In this document: piece after piece, positions 18,595-27,881 of the stretch | Layout of the letters: the number at the start of each line of letters is the position of its first letter | Position numbering within the stretch: the first letter of the stretch is position 1 | Origin: Nitrospinales bacterium | GTDB taxonomy: Bacteria > Nitrospinota > Nitrospinia > Nitrospinales > VA-1 | Direction of reading: 5' to 3' | Length of the DNA stretch: 64,000 bases | NCBI GenBank assembly: GCA_965223795.1 | Contig: CBDCXL010000002.1 | Location: 2,240,001-2,304,000, forward strand | Program-made: the position numbers and the translations under genes | Notes under the pieces: model-generated | What the model saw: the letters and a program-made list of their open reading frames with translations, nothing else | Told to the model about the DNA's origin: nothing | Databases searched by the model: none

Positions 18595-20321
18595 GGTAAC
18601 GTGGACGGGGTTGGAGGTTGCGGAGTGGAGACCGGCTTGCTGTGCAACCGGTAGACCGTCACGGTATCGCCGGTGTCCACCGGTTGAAACCGGTGCAACT
18701 GCACGTCGTAGGAATTGTTGATGCGTCCCGCGGTGATGTCCGTCGGAATCGCCCAGTATGGATGGCGGTCGAGCAGGTTGTTCAGGATGCGGGAGACGCG
18801 GTCCTCAGGCTGGGCGGTGCGGAATCCGATGCGGTCGCCGCGCAGAACGATCCAGTCCGGCCGGTGATTTTCATCGAGTGCGTCGTCGGCCAGCACGCGC
18901 AGGCCGGTGTGGAACGCCAGCGCATCCGGCTCGTTGTCAATATAGCATGTCTGTCCGGGTTTGCCGTAGGTTTTGAGAAAGCCCACCACCTCATCGAGGG
19001 GGCCGCGGTAACCCTGCCGCATCTCGAGGCTGTAGCGGTACAGGTGCGAGTTGGGCGCGACCTCTCTTTGAAATGTCCGCGCCGCGTACTCAAAATAGGG
19101 ATTGTCCGCGACCCAGCGGGAGTCCGGATTGAAAAATGGTTTGAAAGGATAAAGCGGCCCGACATGCAGGAGGTTGGTGGCGATCAGGACCGCCGCCACA
19201 CCGGTGCGGACCCAGCGCCCGCCCGGAATGCATTCCACCACCACGACCGCGAGCAGGAAAAAAAACAGAGGCAGCGCCGCGGCGACGTACTGGTGCAGGG
19301 GAATCGCGTGCAGCGAACCGGCCGCGAACAGCGAGACGATGACGAGCAGGCACAGCCGCACCGGATCGGCCGCATGCCGGGCTTTATGAAACAACAGAAG
19401 CGGCAGCAGGATGAAGGGAAAGAGATGGTTGTTGGCCTGAAACAGAAATCCCGCGAAATGTTTGAGCCAGCCCAGGAGAGAGGTATCGATGAGCCTGCTG
19501 GTCGTGTGGTAGAACTCGGAGATTTTTGCGAACACCGGATGGATGAACACAAGCCAGGGCAGACAGAACAGAGCGGTGACGGTAGCCGAGAGAGCGATTT
19601 TCTTTTTCGTTTCCACAGTGATTTCCGCCCTGCGGAAAAAAAAGTGCAGCGCCATGCCCAGGATGGTGCCCGCGAATTCGACGTACATGGTGTGGAAATA
19701 CACGATGGCCGTCACGGTGAACGGCCACGGGTTCCAGCATTTTTTGTCGAAGATCTGTGTGTAGAAGTGCAGCAGCAGCGGGGTCAAAAGAATGGGCAGC
19801 GCGATGTAGCGGGCGGTGCGGAAATACAAAAGAGCGGGCACCGAGCAGGCGAGAAACAGCGCCGCCAGGAAGGCGGTTTTCCGGCTGCCGCTCCATTTGA
19901 AGGCGAGAACATACAGCGCCACCACGGACAACACGCCCGCCAGGGCGAACGGCAGCCGCGCCGCGAACGCGGTGTTGCCGAACAGCGCGAGCGAGCCGGC
20001 CTGCAGGTAATACGGCACCCAGGTGCGGTAGACGAAGACCCCGTCGCGCACGTCCGCGTACAGCATGGTGGCGTTGACACCGTCCGAATGCCGGGGCAGG
20101 CCCGATTTTAAAATGGTGGTGCTGATGAAGGTGTCGGCGCCTTCGTCCACCTGCAGCACCGTGTCGCCGAGCCGGAAAAAAATCAGCAGCGCGGCAAGCG
20201 GGATCAGGAGAAACAGGGCGGGGTGGGTGGCTGCGCCGGAGCGCAAACGAGAGAGCTGGCCGCGGCCGCAGAAAAGACGGCCCGGCAGGGAAACCGCGGT
20301 GTTTTTTGCGCTGTATTCCAA
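18591..20321 (-). CDS. ArnT/PMT-like GT-C glycosyltransferase
   Basis: RLG...QVDE motif after TM1, AARLPFAL, ARY, many TM helices, soluble C-terminal domain. Confidence 0.8.
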   Translation of the reverse strand: MEYSAKNTAVSLPGRLFCGRGQLSRLRSGAATHPALFLLIPLAALLIFFRLGDTVLQVDEGADTFISTTILKSGLPRHSDGVNATMLYADVRDGVFVYRTWVPYYLQAGSLALFGNTAFAARLPFALAGVLSVVALYVLAFKWSGSRKTAFLAALFLACSVPALLYFRTARYIALPILLTPLLLHFYTQIFDKKCWNPWPFTVTAIVYFHTMYVEFAGTILGMALHFFFRRAEITVETKKKIALSATVTALFCLPWLVFIHPVFAKISEFYHTTSRLIDTSLLGWLKHFAGFLFQANNHLFPFILLPLLLFHKARHAADPVRLCLLVIVSLFAAGSLHAIPLHQYVAAALPLFFFLLAVVVVECIPGGRWVRTGVAAVLIATNLLHVGPLYPFKPFFNPDSRWVADNPYFEYAARTFQREVAPNSHLYRYSLEMRQGYRGPLDEVVGFLKTYGKPGQTCYIDNEPDALAFHTGLRVLADDALDENHRPDWIVLRGDRIGFRTAQPEDRVSRILNNLLDRHPYWAIPTDITAGRINNSYDVQLHRFQPVDTGDTVTVYRLHSKPVSTPQPPTPSTLP

Positions 20322-20404
20322 ACAGAAACCCTATGTTATCATTGGTCCCGGACTCTTAAGTCGTATCGGACGTTTGCTCCTCCACCTTTATTCCGGACCT
20401 TCCC

Positions 20405-21154
20405 TTGAGCCTGGAGTCGCCCAATCTTTCCGTGGTGGTTTTGGCCTACCGCAGCGCCGGCACGCTGCCCGGATTCGTGGAATCCCTCAAAACGCTGCTG
20501 GAAGAGAACGAACCGGACTGGGAGATCGTTCTCGTGGGCAATTACCTGGAGGGTTCAGAAGACGCGACGCCGGAGGTGGCGCGGCGGCTGGCGGACGTGC
20601 ACCCGCGAATCCGCGCGTTGACGGAAGTGAAACAGGGAATGATGGGCTGGGACATGCAGAGCGGTCTCAAGGCAGCGAACGGCCGGGTGATCGCGGTGAT
20701 CGACGGGGACGGCCAGATGCCCGCCGAGGATGTGATCCGGGTGTATAAGCTGCTCGTTGCGGAAAACCTGGACCTCGCCAAAACCTTCCGGGTGCAGCGG
20801 GACGACGGCGCCTACCGGAAAATCATTTCCGGCGTCTACAATCTCGTGTTCGCGGTCCTGTTTCCGGGCATGGGCTGTAAGGACATTAATTCCAAACCCA
20901 AGGTGATGACGCGCGCCGCCTACAACCGCCTGAACCTGACGTCCAACGGCTGGTTCATCGATGCGGAGATCATGATCCAGGCGCGCCGTTTCCACTTCAA
21001 AATCGATGAAATCGAGACGGTGTTTCACGGTATCGACTCGCGGCCTTCGTTTGTCAAGCCGCTCTCGATCCTGGAATTTCTGGCCAACCTGATCTGGTTC
21101 CGCATCCTGGAATGTTTCCGTTCCTCAAAAAACAATCCGGAAGGCAAGTCCTGA
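20405..21154 (+). CDS. GT2 dolichol/polyprenol-phosphate glycosyltransferase (DPM1-like)
   Basis: LSVVVLAY, VIDGDGQ, DINSKPK, WFIDAEI. Confidence 0.85.
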   Translation: MSLESPNLSVVVLAYRSAGTLPGFVESLKTLLEENEPDWEIVLVGNYLEGSEDATPEVARRLADVHPRIRALTEVKQGMMGWDMQSGLKAANGRVIAVIDGDGQMPAEDVIRVYKLLVAENLDLAKTFRVQRDDGAYRKIISGVYNLVFAVLFPGMGCKDINSKPKVMTRAAYNRLNLTSNGWFIDAEIMIQARRFHFKIDEIETVFHGIDSRPSFVKPLSILEFLANLIWFRILECFRSSKNNPEGKS

Positions 21155-21212
21155 CCGGAGCCGATTTTTTTCCGCGAAGGAGGAAGTATTGTTTGAAAAA
21201 CAATCGTAAGAA

Positions 21213-21340
21213 GAGATCTTTGCATAAGTCGATGATCTGTCATGCTGAGCCTGTCGAAGCATGATCCCTTAGCACCCTTCGACAAGCTCAGGGTGACAGT
21301 AATTTCTCAAATACTTAATGCTTGCCTATGCAAAGATCTC
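21213..21340. repeat. 128-bp nested palindromic (REP/MITE-like) element, copy 1
   Basis: 14-bp terminal inverted repeat GAGATCTTTGCATA/TATGCAAAGATCTC enclosing the palindromic core TGTCATGCTGAGCCTGTCGAAGC...CTTCGACAAGCTCAGGGTGACA (21238-21298). Confidence 0.85.
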
Positions 21341-21357
21341 AAAAGGATATTGATGGT

Positions 21358-22236
21358 ATGAAGGTGCTGGTCACCGGCGCTTCCGGGGGGCTGGGGGCGC
21401 GGCTGCTGCCGGCGTTATGCGCCGTTGCGAAGGTGCGGGCGCTGGTGCACAAAAAGCCGGTGGCGTTTGCGGATGTCGAGCCGGTGGCGGGCGATCTGTC
21501 CGACCTGGAATCGCTGCGTGCGGCCGCGGCCGGGGTGGACCGGGTGCTGCACCTTGCCGCGCAGACCAACACGCACCGCGAACAGGAATATTTTGATGTC
21601 AACGTCCAAGGCACGGAAAACCTGCTCACAGCCTGCACCGCGAGCGGCGTCGCGCGGTTCGTGTTCATGAGTTCCGGCGCCGCGCATGCGGACGGCGGCG
21701 CGTATTCTTTAAGCAAGCTGGAAGCGGAAGCGCGTGTGCGGGCGTGGCAGGGCGACTGGGTCATTCTGCGCGCGCGCGAGGTGTACGGTCCGGACATGAC
21801 CGAAGGTCTCGGCAAGCTCACAAGCTGGATCGACAGATTCGGCGCGGTTCCGGTGATCGGCGACGGCAGATACCAGTTGGCCCCGGTGCATGTGGACGAT
21901 GTGGTTCAGGCCTCGGTGCAGGCGGTGCGACGCGACGGGATCGCCGGAGACACGATCACGCTGGCGGGGCCGGAATCGCTGGAATTCATCGCGCTGGTGG
22001 ACCGGCTGGGAGCGCTCAGGGGCAAGCGGCCGAAAAAAATTTTCGTGCCCGCGGCGGGGATGCGCGTTGCCGCGAGACTGTTGTCGGCGCTCGGTGTTTC
22101 GGTTCTGGTTCCCGATCAGGTGGACCGGCTTTTATGCGACAAGCCCTCCGACAACTCGGCGGCGGCGCGCCTGCTGGATTTTAAGCCGCGCAGCCTGGAA
22201 GCGGGGCTTGGCGCGACACCGGCAACGGATCGCTAA
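21358..22236 (+). CDS. NAD-dependent epimerase/dehydratase family protein
   Basis: VLVTGASGGLG, YSLSK, VHVDDV. Confidence 0.88.
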   Translation: MKVLVTGASGGLGARLLPALCAVAKVRALVHKKPVAFADVEPVAGDLSDLESLRAAAAGVDRVLHLAAQTNTHREQEYFDVNVQGTENLLTACTASGVARFVFMSSGAAHADGGAYSLSKLEAEARVRAWQGDWVILRAREVYGPDMTEGLGKLTSWIDRFGAVPVIGDGRYQLAPVHVDDVVQASVQAVRRDGIAGDTITLAGPESLEFIALVDRLGALRGKRPKKIFVPAAGMRVAARLLSALGVSVLVPDQVDRLLCDKPSDNSAAARLLDFKPRSLEAGLGATPATDR

Positions 22237-23036
22237 ACGGAGGGTGCGGGGCGCGGCTGCGCGGGGGCGTCGAGAGGCTTGCTCGCGGTGGCGATGTATT
22301 GCCCGCCGAGCGGAAACCGCTCCAGCTTAGCTTCGAGCGGCAGAAGGGCTTTGAGGCTTTTGGGAAAAAAAGTGGTGAAGCGGATGCGGACGTTTTGGAA
22401 TTTCTGCTGGCGCAGCGATCGTTTCATCCTGGCGGGGTGGATCAGGACCGCGTCTTTATCGAGAGGACAATCGGCCACGATTTTTCTGGTGAAGGGATTC
22501 AAGGGATTGTGTTCCCAGATCACGACCTTGCCGCCCGGAGCGAGCAACCGCAGGAAACGCTGGAAGTGTTCGGCGTGTTGGTCCTGCGGAATGTGGTGAA
22601 ACACGCCAGAGGCGAATATCACATCGTAGGGACGCTGCTGCCATTCAGGGTCATCGGATGTGAAAAACGTAAGGGCGTCTGCATAGCGGTCGCGGGCTTT
22701 CCCGATCATTTTTTCGGACAGATCGACGCCCTGGTATTCGGCGATGGGGAAAAAACCGTGGAACGCTTCGTATAAATTGCCCGTCCCGCAACCGAAGTCG
22801 AGAAAACGGATCGGATGCTGGCTCCAGTCGGGAAACAGCGCAGCCAGTTTTCGCAGTTTCACCAGCACCATCTCCTGGACGTCGAATCCGGTGACCTGCA
22901 GCGACTCATTCATCAGCGCATCATAATCCTCGGAATGAGCGTCGAAGGGCTGTCCCTTTGCCGCAATCGGCGAGGTAGTACTGCACTTGTGCCGCATGCC
23001 CAAATCAATCATCGGTGTCTGTGTGGATTCAGTCAT
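22233..23036 (-). CDS. Class I SAM-dependent methyltransferase
   Basis: FLDFGCGTG, GVDLS, VFHHI, WEHNPLNP. Start uncertain; ATG 23036 chosen. Confidence 0.85.
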   Translation of the reverse strand: MTESTQTPMIDLGMRHKCSTTSPIAAKGQPFDAHSEDYDALMNESLQVTGFDVQEMVLVKLRKLAALFPDWSQHPIRFLDFGCGTGNLYEAFHGFFPIAEYQGVDLSEKMIGKARDRYADALTFFTSDDPEWQQRPYDVIFASGVFHHIPQDQHAEHFQRFLRLLAPGGKVVIWEHNPLNPFTRKIVADCPLDKDAVLIHPARMKRSLRQQKFQNVRIRFTTFFPKSLKALLPLEAKLERFPLGGQYIATASKPLDAPAQPRPAPSV

Positions 23037-23124
23037 GACTGTGCCGGGATACAGGGGCTGGGGAAGAGGAAACGGTGATGCCGTCTCGGGTTGCGAAGAT
23101 CGAAATCCAACGGAGCAAATCTTA

Positions 23125-24260
23125 TCATAAGGTTTGGTAAAGATCCAGATAACGCCGCATGATTTCCTGCCAGCCGAATTTTCGCCGCACTGTGTTCTGC
23201 ATTTTTTCCCCGAACGCCTTGCGGGTGTTTGCGTCTGACAGGCAGCGGATGCGATCGGCGATTGCTTTCGGGTCCGCGGGTACCAGAAAACCGGTTTCTC
23301 CCTCCTCAACGATCTCCCGCGCCACGCCCACGGGTGTGGCCACAACAGGCAGCGCGTGCGCCGCCGCTTCCAGAATGGGCTGGGCGAAATTTTCGTAGCG
23401 CGACGGGTAGAGGAACACGTCGGCGTTTTTATAAAAGACCGGGAGTTTTTCGGGCGCTACCGGGCCGGTGAACGTCACACGCTGCTCAATGCCCAGAAAA
23501 CGCGCCAGGTCTTTCAGTTCCTCAAGGTAGCCCGCTCTCTCCACGCTCGCGGTGCGCTCCTCGCCGCCGACCACGGTCAGGTGACACGGAATCGCGAGCG
23601 CTTTCACCGCCTTGAGGATCAGCTCGACCCGGCGGACGCGCGCGATGCGTCCGGCGAACAGCAGCCTGAGCGGCGCGTCTTCGCAGCCCGCTGCATTGCC
23701 GTTGGGAGCGGGGACGTCGATGCCCATCGGGATGATGCTGAGCTTGCGCGCGGGCAGTCCAAACTCCAGGGCGTCCTGAAATTCCTGATGCGAGGACACG
23801 ACGATGCGGTCGGCGCGGCGGGCGGCGGCTTTGAGCGTGAGGCCGTCGTAGAGCCGGTAAGGCAGACGCGCAAGCGGAGAGGACAGGTAGTTGCGGAAGC
23901 CGGTGAGCGAGCCGTGCGTGTTCAGCACGAACGGCTTGTTTTTCAGCTGGGCAAAAAAAAACCGCAGTCGGTTTGAAAGTTGCGGTAGTTGTGGCTGTGG
24001 ATCAGGTCGTGCCCTTGCAAGTGTTTCCACATCCCCAGGCTGACGGCATAGCGCATCAGGCGGAACTGAATCCTGTTGCGGATGACGCGAACGAGCTGGA
24101 TGGTTTCGCGAGCGGGCAGATTGTTGTCCACGTCGCAGTAGGTGGTGAGCACGGGCGAGGCGACGCCCTGCGCTTCCAGGCGGTTGGAGATCTGGAAGGC
24201 CTGGTTGACGGGCCCGCACACATAGGGCAGGAAGGTTTCGATCGTTCTTAGGACTTTCAA
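23125..24260 (-). pseudogene. Glycosyltransferase family 4, split by a frameshift in a T9 tract
   Basis: N-terminal part 23943-24260 (MKVLRTIETF...HSHNYRN). The rest is in another frame (THGS, FAGRI, PSRYENF..PILEA). A9 on the + strand at 23953-23961. Confidence 0.85.
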
Positions 24261-24297
24261 TTTTTTCAGCCGGACTGCCGTGCCATCACGGCCGGGT

Positions 24298-24693
24298 TCA
24301 TTGCAATTTATTGTACGTATCCGGTTGCAACCGTTGCTGGTCGAGCACGGATTCGAGCTGCTTTTTTTCGTGATCGAGGATGCCCAGATGCTGGGTGAGC
24401 ATCCGCACCTGGTTGGTGAGGGCGGAAATGCGGATGGAAAAGTGCAGGCAGATGACCATGAGAAACACCAGGCCGGAAAAAAACAGCGTCGAGGTGAACA
24501 GCGTCGCGCCGGCGAGGTCGGAGATCCAGATGAGAAGGTCCTCGGAGATGGACAGGATGAGCATCAGCGTCCCGGTCACCAGCCAGCCCAGCGAATACTC
24601 TTCGTTGAGGTGCTTGCGCCGCACCAGCTCGAACACGTAGGCAACCAGGAAGATGCAGATGAGTATGGCTATGATTCGGATTCGCGGCGGCAT
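24298..24693 (-). CDS. DUF2304 family membrane protein
   Basis: ELVRRKHL.EEYSL.W, three TM helices and a coiled-coil tail, immediately after a DPM-like GT2. Confidence 0.85.
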   Translation of the reverse strand: MPPRIRIIAILICIFLVAYVFELVRRKHLNEEYSLGWLVTGTLMLILSISEDLLIWISDLAGATLFTSTLFFSGLVFLMVICLHFSIRISALTNQVRMLTQHLGILDHEKKQLESVLDQQRLQPDTYNKLQ

Positions 24694-25628
24694 GCGGACG
24701 CTCCTTGCGGTTTCTGCCTGAGCAGGGTGACGAAGATGGAAAGAAACATTTTAAACACGTAGTACACAGTCTTGTGTCCCCGGTGCATGGATTTGTTATC
24801 CGGGCTCGGCAGCATGGTGACGGGGATCTCGCGCATCTTGAATCCGCAGCGGTGCAGCATGATGATGAAATCCGCGTCCGGGTAATCGGGCGGATAGTAA
24901 TCGCTGGCGACGAAGCGGATGGCGTCGCCGCGCCAGACCTGAAACCCCGATGTCGGGTCGGAGATCCGCTGCCGGCAAAGGATGGAGGCGAGTCTGCCGA
25001 AAATGCGCATGCCCAGATGCCGTGCCCAGGTGGTTTTATACGGGCTCGTTCCCAGAAACCGGGAGCCCATCACCACGTCGAGATCGCTTTCCCCGATTTC
25101 GCGCAGAAGATCGACGATGAACCGGGGATCGTGCTGGCCGTCCGCGTCCATCTGCACGACGGTGGTGAAATGGTTTTTGAGGGCGTAGATGAATCCTGTC
25201 TGCAGCGCCACGCCGTAGCCCGAGTTGAACGGCAGGGAGATGACGCGGGCGCCCAGTTTTTTCGCGACACGGGCGGTGCCGTCGGAGGAGCCGTCATTGA
25301 TCACCAGGATGGGGACGCCGGGAACATGGCGTTTGACGCCCAGCAGCACCGGTCCGATGTTTTTTTCTTCGTTGAACGCCGGGATCACAACCAGCGTGCC
25401 ATCCGGCGCGATGCAGGTGCCCTCGAACGACGGAACGGGCCGCGGTTGTTCCACGGGCACGCCCAGCGGCACGGGCGTGGCCAGATGGAAGCGTTTGAGT
25501 TTCTGTCCGCGCAGGCTCAACAGCCGCCTCCAGCGTGAGACCGCAACGCACCGCCGGGGCGGGTGCTGTTGCAGCTGGGGGATGCGGTGTGCCTCAACCG
25601 GAAAGGACGGCAGGGAATTTTTATACAA
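24669..25628 (-). CDS. GT2 polyprenol-phosphate glycosyltransferase (DPM1-like)
   Basis: VIPAFNEE, INDGSSDGT, QMDADGQHDP, SDPTSGF. The true start may lie downstream of 25628. Confidence 0.85.
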   Translation of the reverse strand: MYKNSLPSFPVEAHRIPQLQQHPPRRCVAVSRWRRLLSLRGQKLKRFHLATPVPLGVPVEQPRPVPSFEGTCIAPDGTLVVIPAFNEEKNIGPVLLGVKRHVPGVPILVINDGSSDGTARVAKKLGARVISLPFNSGYGVALQTGFIYALKNHFTTVVQMDADGQHDPRFIVDLLREIGESDLDVVMGSRFLGTSPYKTTWARHLGMRIFGRLASILCRQRISDPTSGFQVWRGDAIRFVASDYYPPDYPDADFIIMLHRCGFKMREIPVTMLPSPDNKSMHRGHKTVYYVFKMFLSIFVTLLRQKPQGASACRRESES

Positions 25629-25742
25629 TGACTCACATTTAAAGAAACGGTTCCTGTTTCTCTAAACTTGAATCAAAAACGCATCCGCCAAGAATCGCAT
25701 CCGGTTTTCCGCCCCCTACGGGGCCCCGTCTGGCAAACCGCG

Positions 25743-26780
25743 TCAGGCGAAGTCCCGGTTGATGGTCTGGATCATCTGGTTGAGGCGTCCGAAACTCTTC
25801 TGGTTGAAATTCAGGACGAGACGCGGCAGATCGAGGTGCTCCTGGTTGATTTTTTCATCTTCCAGGGGCAGCGAGGGTTCGATGACCCCATCGACGAGAA
25901 TGTCCTTGAATTCGGCGTTCAGGCGGCTCACGAGGGATGCGGGAATCTCTTTGTTGAAGCGCATTATAGTGCGGCTGCGCACGTAGCGCAGGGAATGGTA
26001 GACGTGGTAGTAATCCTGGATGATGCGCGTCGCTTCCTGGGGGGAATGGGCGAGCTGAAACAGGTGCCGGTCTTCCGGGGAGATGTAGCCTTTTTTAACG
26101 AGCACCGAGTCGACGAATTCGATCCAGCTCGGCCAGTAGGTTCCGTCGGGGGCTTCGAGCAGAACGATGGGGCGGGGCAGGGTTTTTCCGGTCTGAAACA
26201 GGGTGAGGTTCTCGAAGCCCTCGTCCTGGGTGCCGAAGCCGCCGGGCAGCAGCACGGTGGCGTCGGATTCCTTGATGAAAAAAAGTTTGCGGGTGAAAAA
26301 ATATTTGTAGTTCACCAGCTTGGGGTCGCCGTCGATGTAGGGATTGGCGGACTGCTCGAACGGCAGCTGGATGTTCAGCCCGAAGCTGTTGCCCTCGCAG
26401 GCGCCCTTGTTCGCCGCTTCCATGATGCCGGGACCGCCTCCGGAGATGATCATGAACCCCTTATCGACCAGCATGCGGCACAGATTCTCGGTCAGGGCGT
26501 AATCGGGGTCGTCCAGAGCGGTGCGGGCGGAGCCGAACACGGTCACTTTGCGCACCTTGCGGTTGGCGTGAAACACGCGAAACGAGTGGCGCAGTTCCTT
26601 GACGGTCGTGTTTGTCAGCTTAAAGTCACCCAAATCAACGTGTTCCATCGCAAGTTTGGTCACGGTGGTGAGGATCTGCCGGAACATTTCCCTGCATTCG
26701 CCCGAGGCGCTGACCTCGGTCAGGGAGTCGATCAGGCCGTCGATTTCGGGATCGCCAATATTGTACCGGTTGTTCGCCAT
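25743..26780 (-). CDS. LOG family nucleotide phosphoribohydrolase
   Basis: VFGSAR, SGGGPGIMEAANKG, YFFTRK, PGGFGTQDE. Confidence 0.9.
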   Translation of the reverse strand: MANNRYNIGDPEIDGLIDSLTEVSASGECREMFRQILTTVTKLAMEHVDLGDFKLTNTTVKELRHSFRVFHANRKVRKVTVFGSARTALDDPDYALTENLCRMLVDKGFMIISGGGPGIMEAANKGACEGNSFGLNIQLPFEQSANPYIDGDPKLVNYKYFFTRKLFFIKESDATVLLPGGFGTQDEGFENLTLFQTGKTLPRPIVLLEAPDGTYWPSWIEFVDSVLVKKGYISPEDRHLFQLAHSPQEATRIIQDYYHVYHSLRYVRSRTIMRFNKEIPASLVSRLNAEFKDILVDGVIEPSLPLEDEKINQEHLDLPRLVLNFNQKSFGRLNQMIQTINRDFA

Positions 26781-26892
26781 ATCAGGTTCTTGCCTGTTTC
26801 AGAAAGGTTTGTTATACAATATGCGATTCAATGCTGATACAATCATTTGCAGCCGAAGCCGTCTGTAGATTACAGGAAGGATCGATTCGCAT

Positions 26893-27090
26893 ATGAACGA
26901 TAAGGTTTTGATCATCGCCATCGTCAGCCTGCTGGTGATCGGGATGCTGGGGGTTCTGGGCATCGTCATCCCCTGGGTGTGGGAGCGCGGCGTTCCCAAC
27001 TGGAAGCAGCTCCTCCTCGACGACGGGCTGATCATCGCGGCTCTGGCTTTGTTCGTCTATGGGTTCTACATGAACACCCGCATGCATTAA
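26893..27090 (+). CDS. Small 2-TM membrane protein (65 aa)
   Basis: Two hydrophobic helices, GC3-rich codons, AGGA upstream. Confidence 0.7.
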   Translation: MNDKVLIIAIVSLLVIGMLGVLGIVIPWVWERGVPNWKQLLLDDGLIIAALALFVYGFYMNTRMH

Positions 27091-27881
27091 AGCAAAATCC
27101 TTTCCGGGTTGCGGATTTTGTAGAGCACGAGGCCCAGAATTGCCAGTGTGATCGCCGTACCCGCCAGTCCCATCACAAACTCTCCGATGTAAAACGTCAC
27201 GGCGAGGTTGAACACCAGCACGCCGAAGTACAAAGCGGGACCCCACAGCGCCTGAAAGGGGAGGTCCGCCCGCGGCGGCGGCTCGCCCTGGCTCCAGAAC
27301 CGGTTGATCGCGCAGAACGCGGTGAGGATCGTCGTGCCCACCAGAAACCAGCCCGCGAAATTGGTCAGCGGGATGTTGAAGTACTCGCCTTCCTCCTGAT
27401 AGGTGTAGATTTTTCCCAAAAACCAGCGGTCGCCGAGAAAGGCCACCGGGTCGATGATGACGTCCATCATCATGAACAGAAACGCGCCGGTGAAAATGAC
27501 GCGCAGGGAAAACAGGGTTTCCTTTGTGTCCACGAGGCGCACGTCCCAGCCGTTTTTTTTCAGCGGCGACCAGAGCAGCAGGCTCATGGTGAGGCTGATG
27601 TAGGACAGGAACGAATACGAAAGCGAGTCCATGAACGGGACGTTGCTGATCCACAGCTCGCGGTCGCGGGTGGTGTCGATGTAGCTGTAGAAGCCGTAGG
27701 GAAAACCGTTGCGCGTGGAGGAATATTCGGACAGGAAGGCGATGCCGTAGGCGAGAACGGTGAACACCAGTGAGCGGGCGAGCCCCATGTTCTTGATCGC
27801 GATGGCCAGGTAAAAGGCAAGAAACACGAACACGTAGGGACGCAGCAGCACGGTTCCCCAAAGCAGTTCTAAAACTTCCAT
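27087..27881 (-). CDS. CruF-like 'carotenoid biosynthesis' (DUF422) membrane protein
   Basis: SE..S..GFPYG.Y.Y, D..IDPV, IPLTNFAGW. TGATG overlap with hpnA. Confidence 0.8.
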   Translation of the reverse strand: MEVLELLWGTVLLRPYVFVFLAFYLAIAIKNMGLARSLVFTVLAYGIAFLSEYSSTRNGFPYGFYSYIDTTRDRELWISNVPFMDSLSYSFLSYISLTMSLLLWSPLKKNGWDVRLVDTKETLFSLRVIFTGAFLFMMMDVIIDPVAFLGDRWFLGKIYTYQEEGEYFNIPLTNFAGWFLVGTTILTAFCAINRFWSQGEPPPRADLPFQALWGPALYFGVLVFNLAVTFYIGEFVMGLAGTAITLAILGLVLYKIRNPERILL

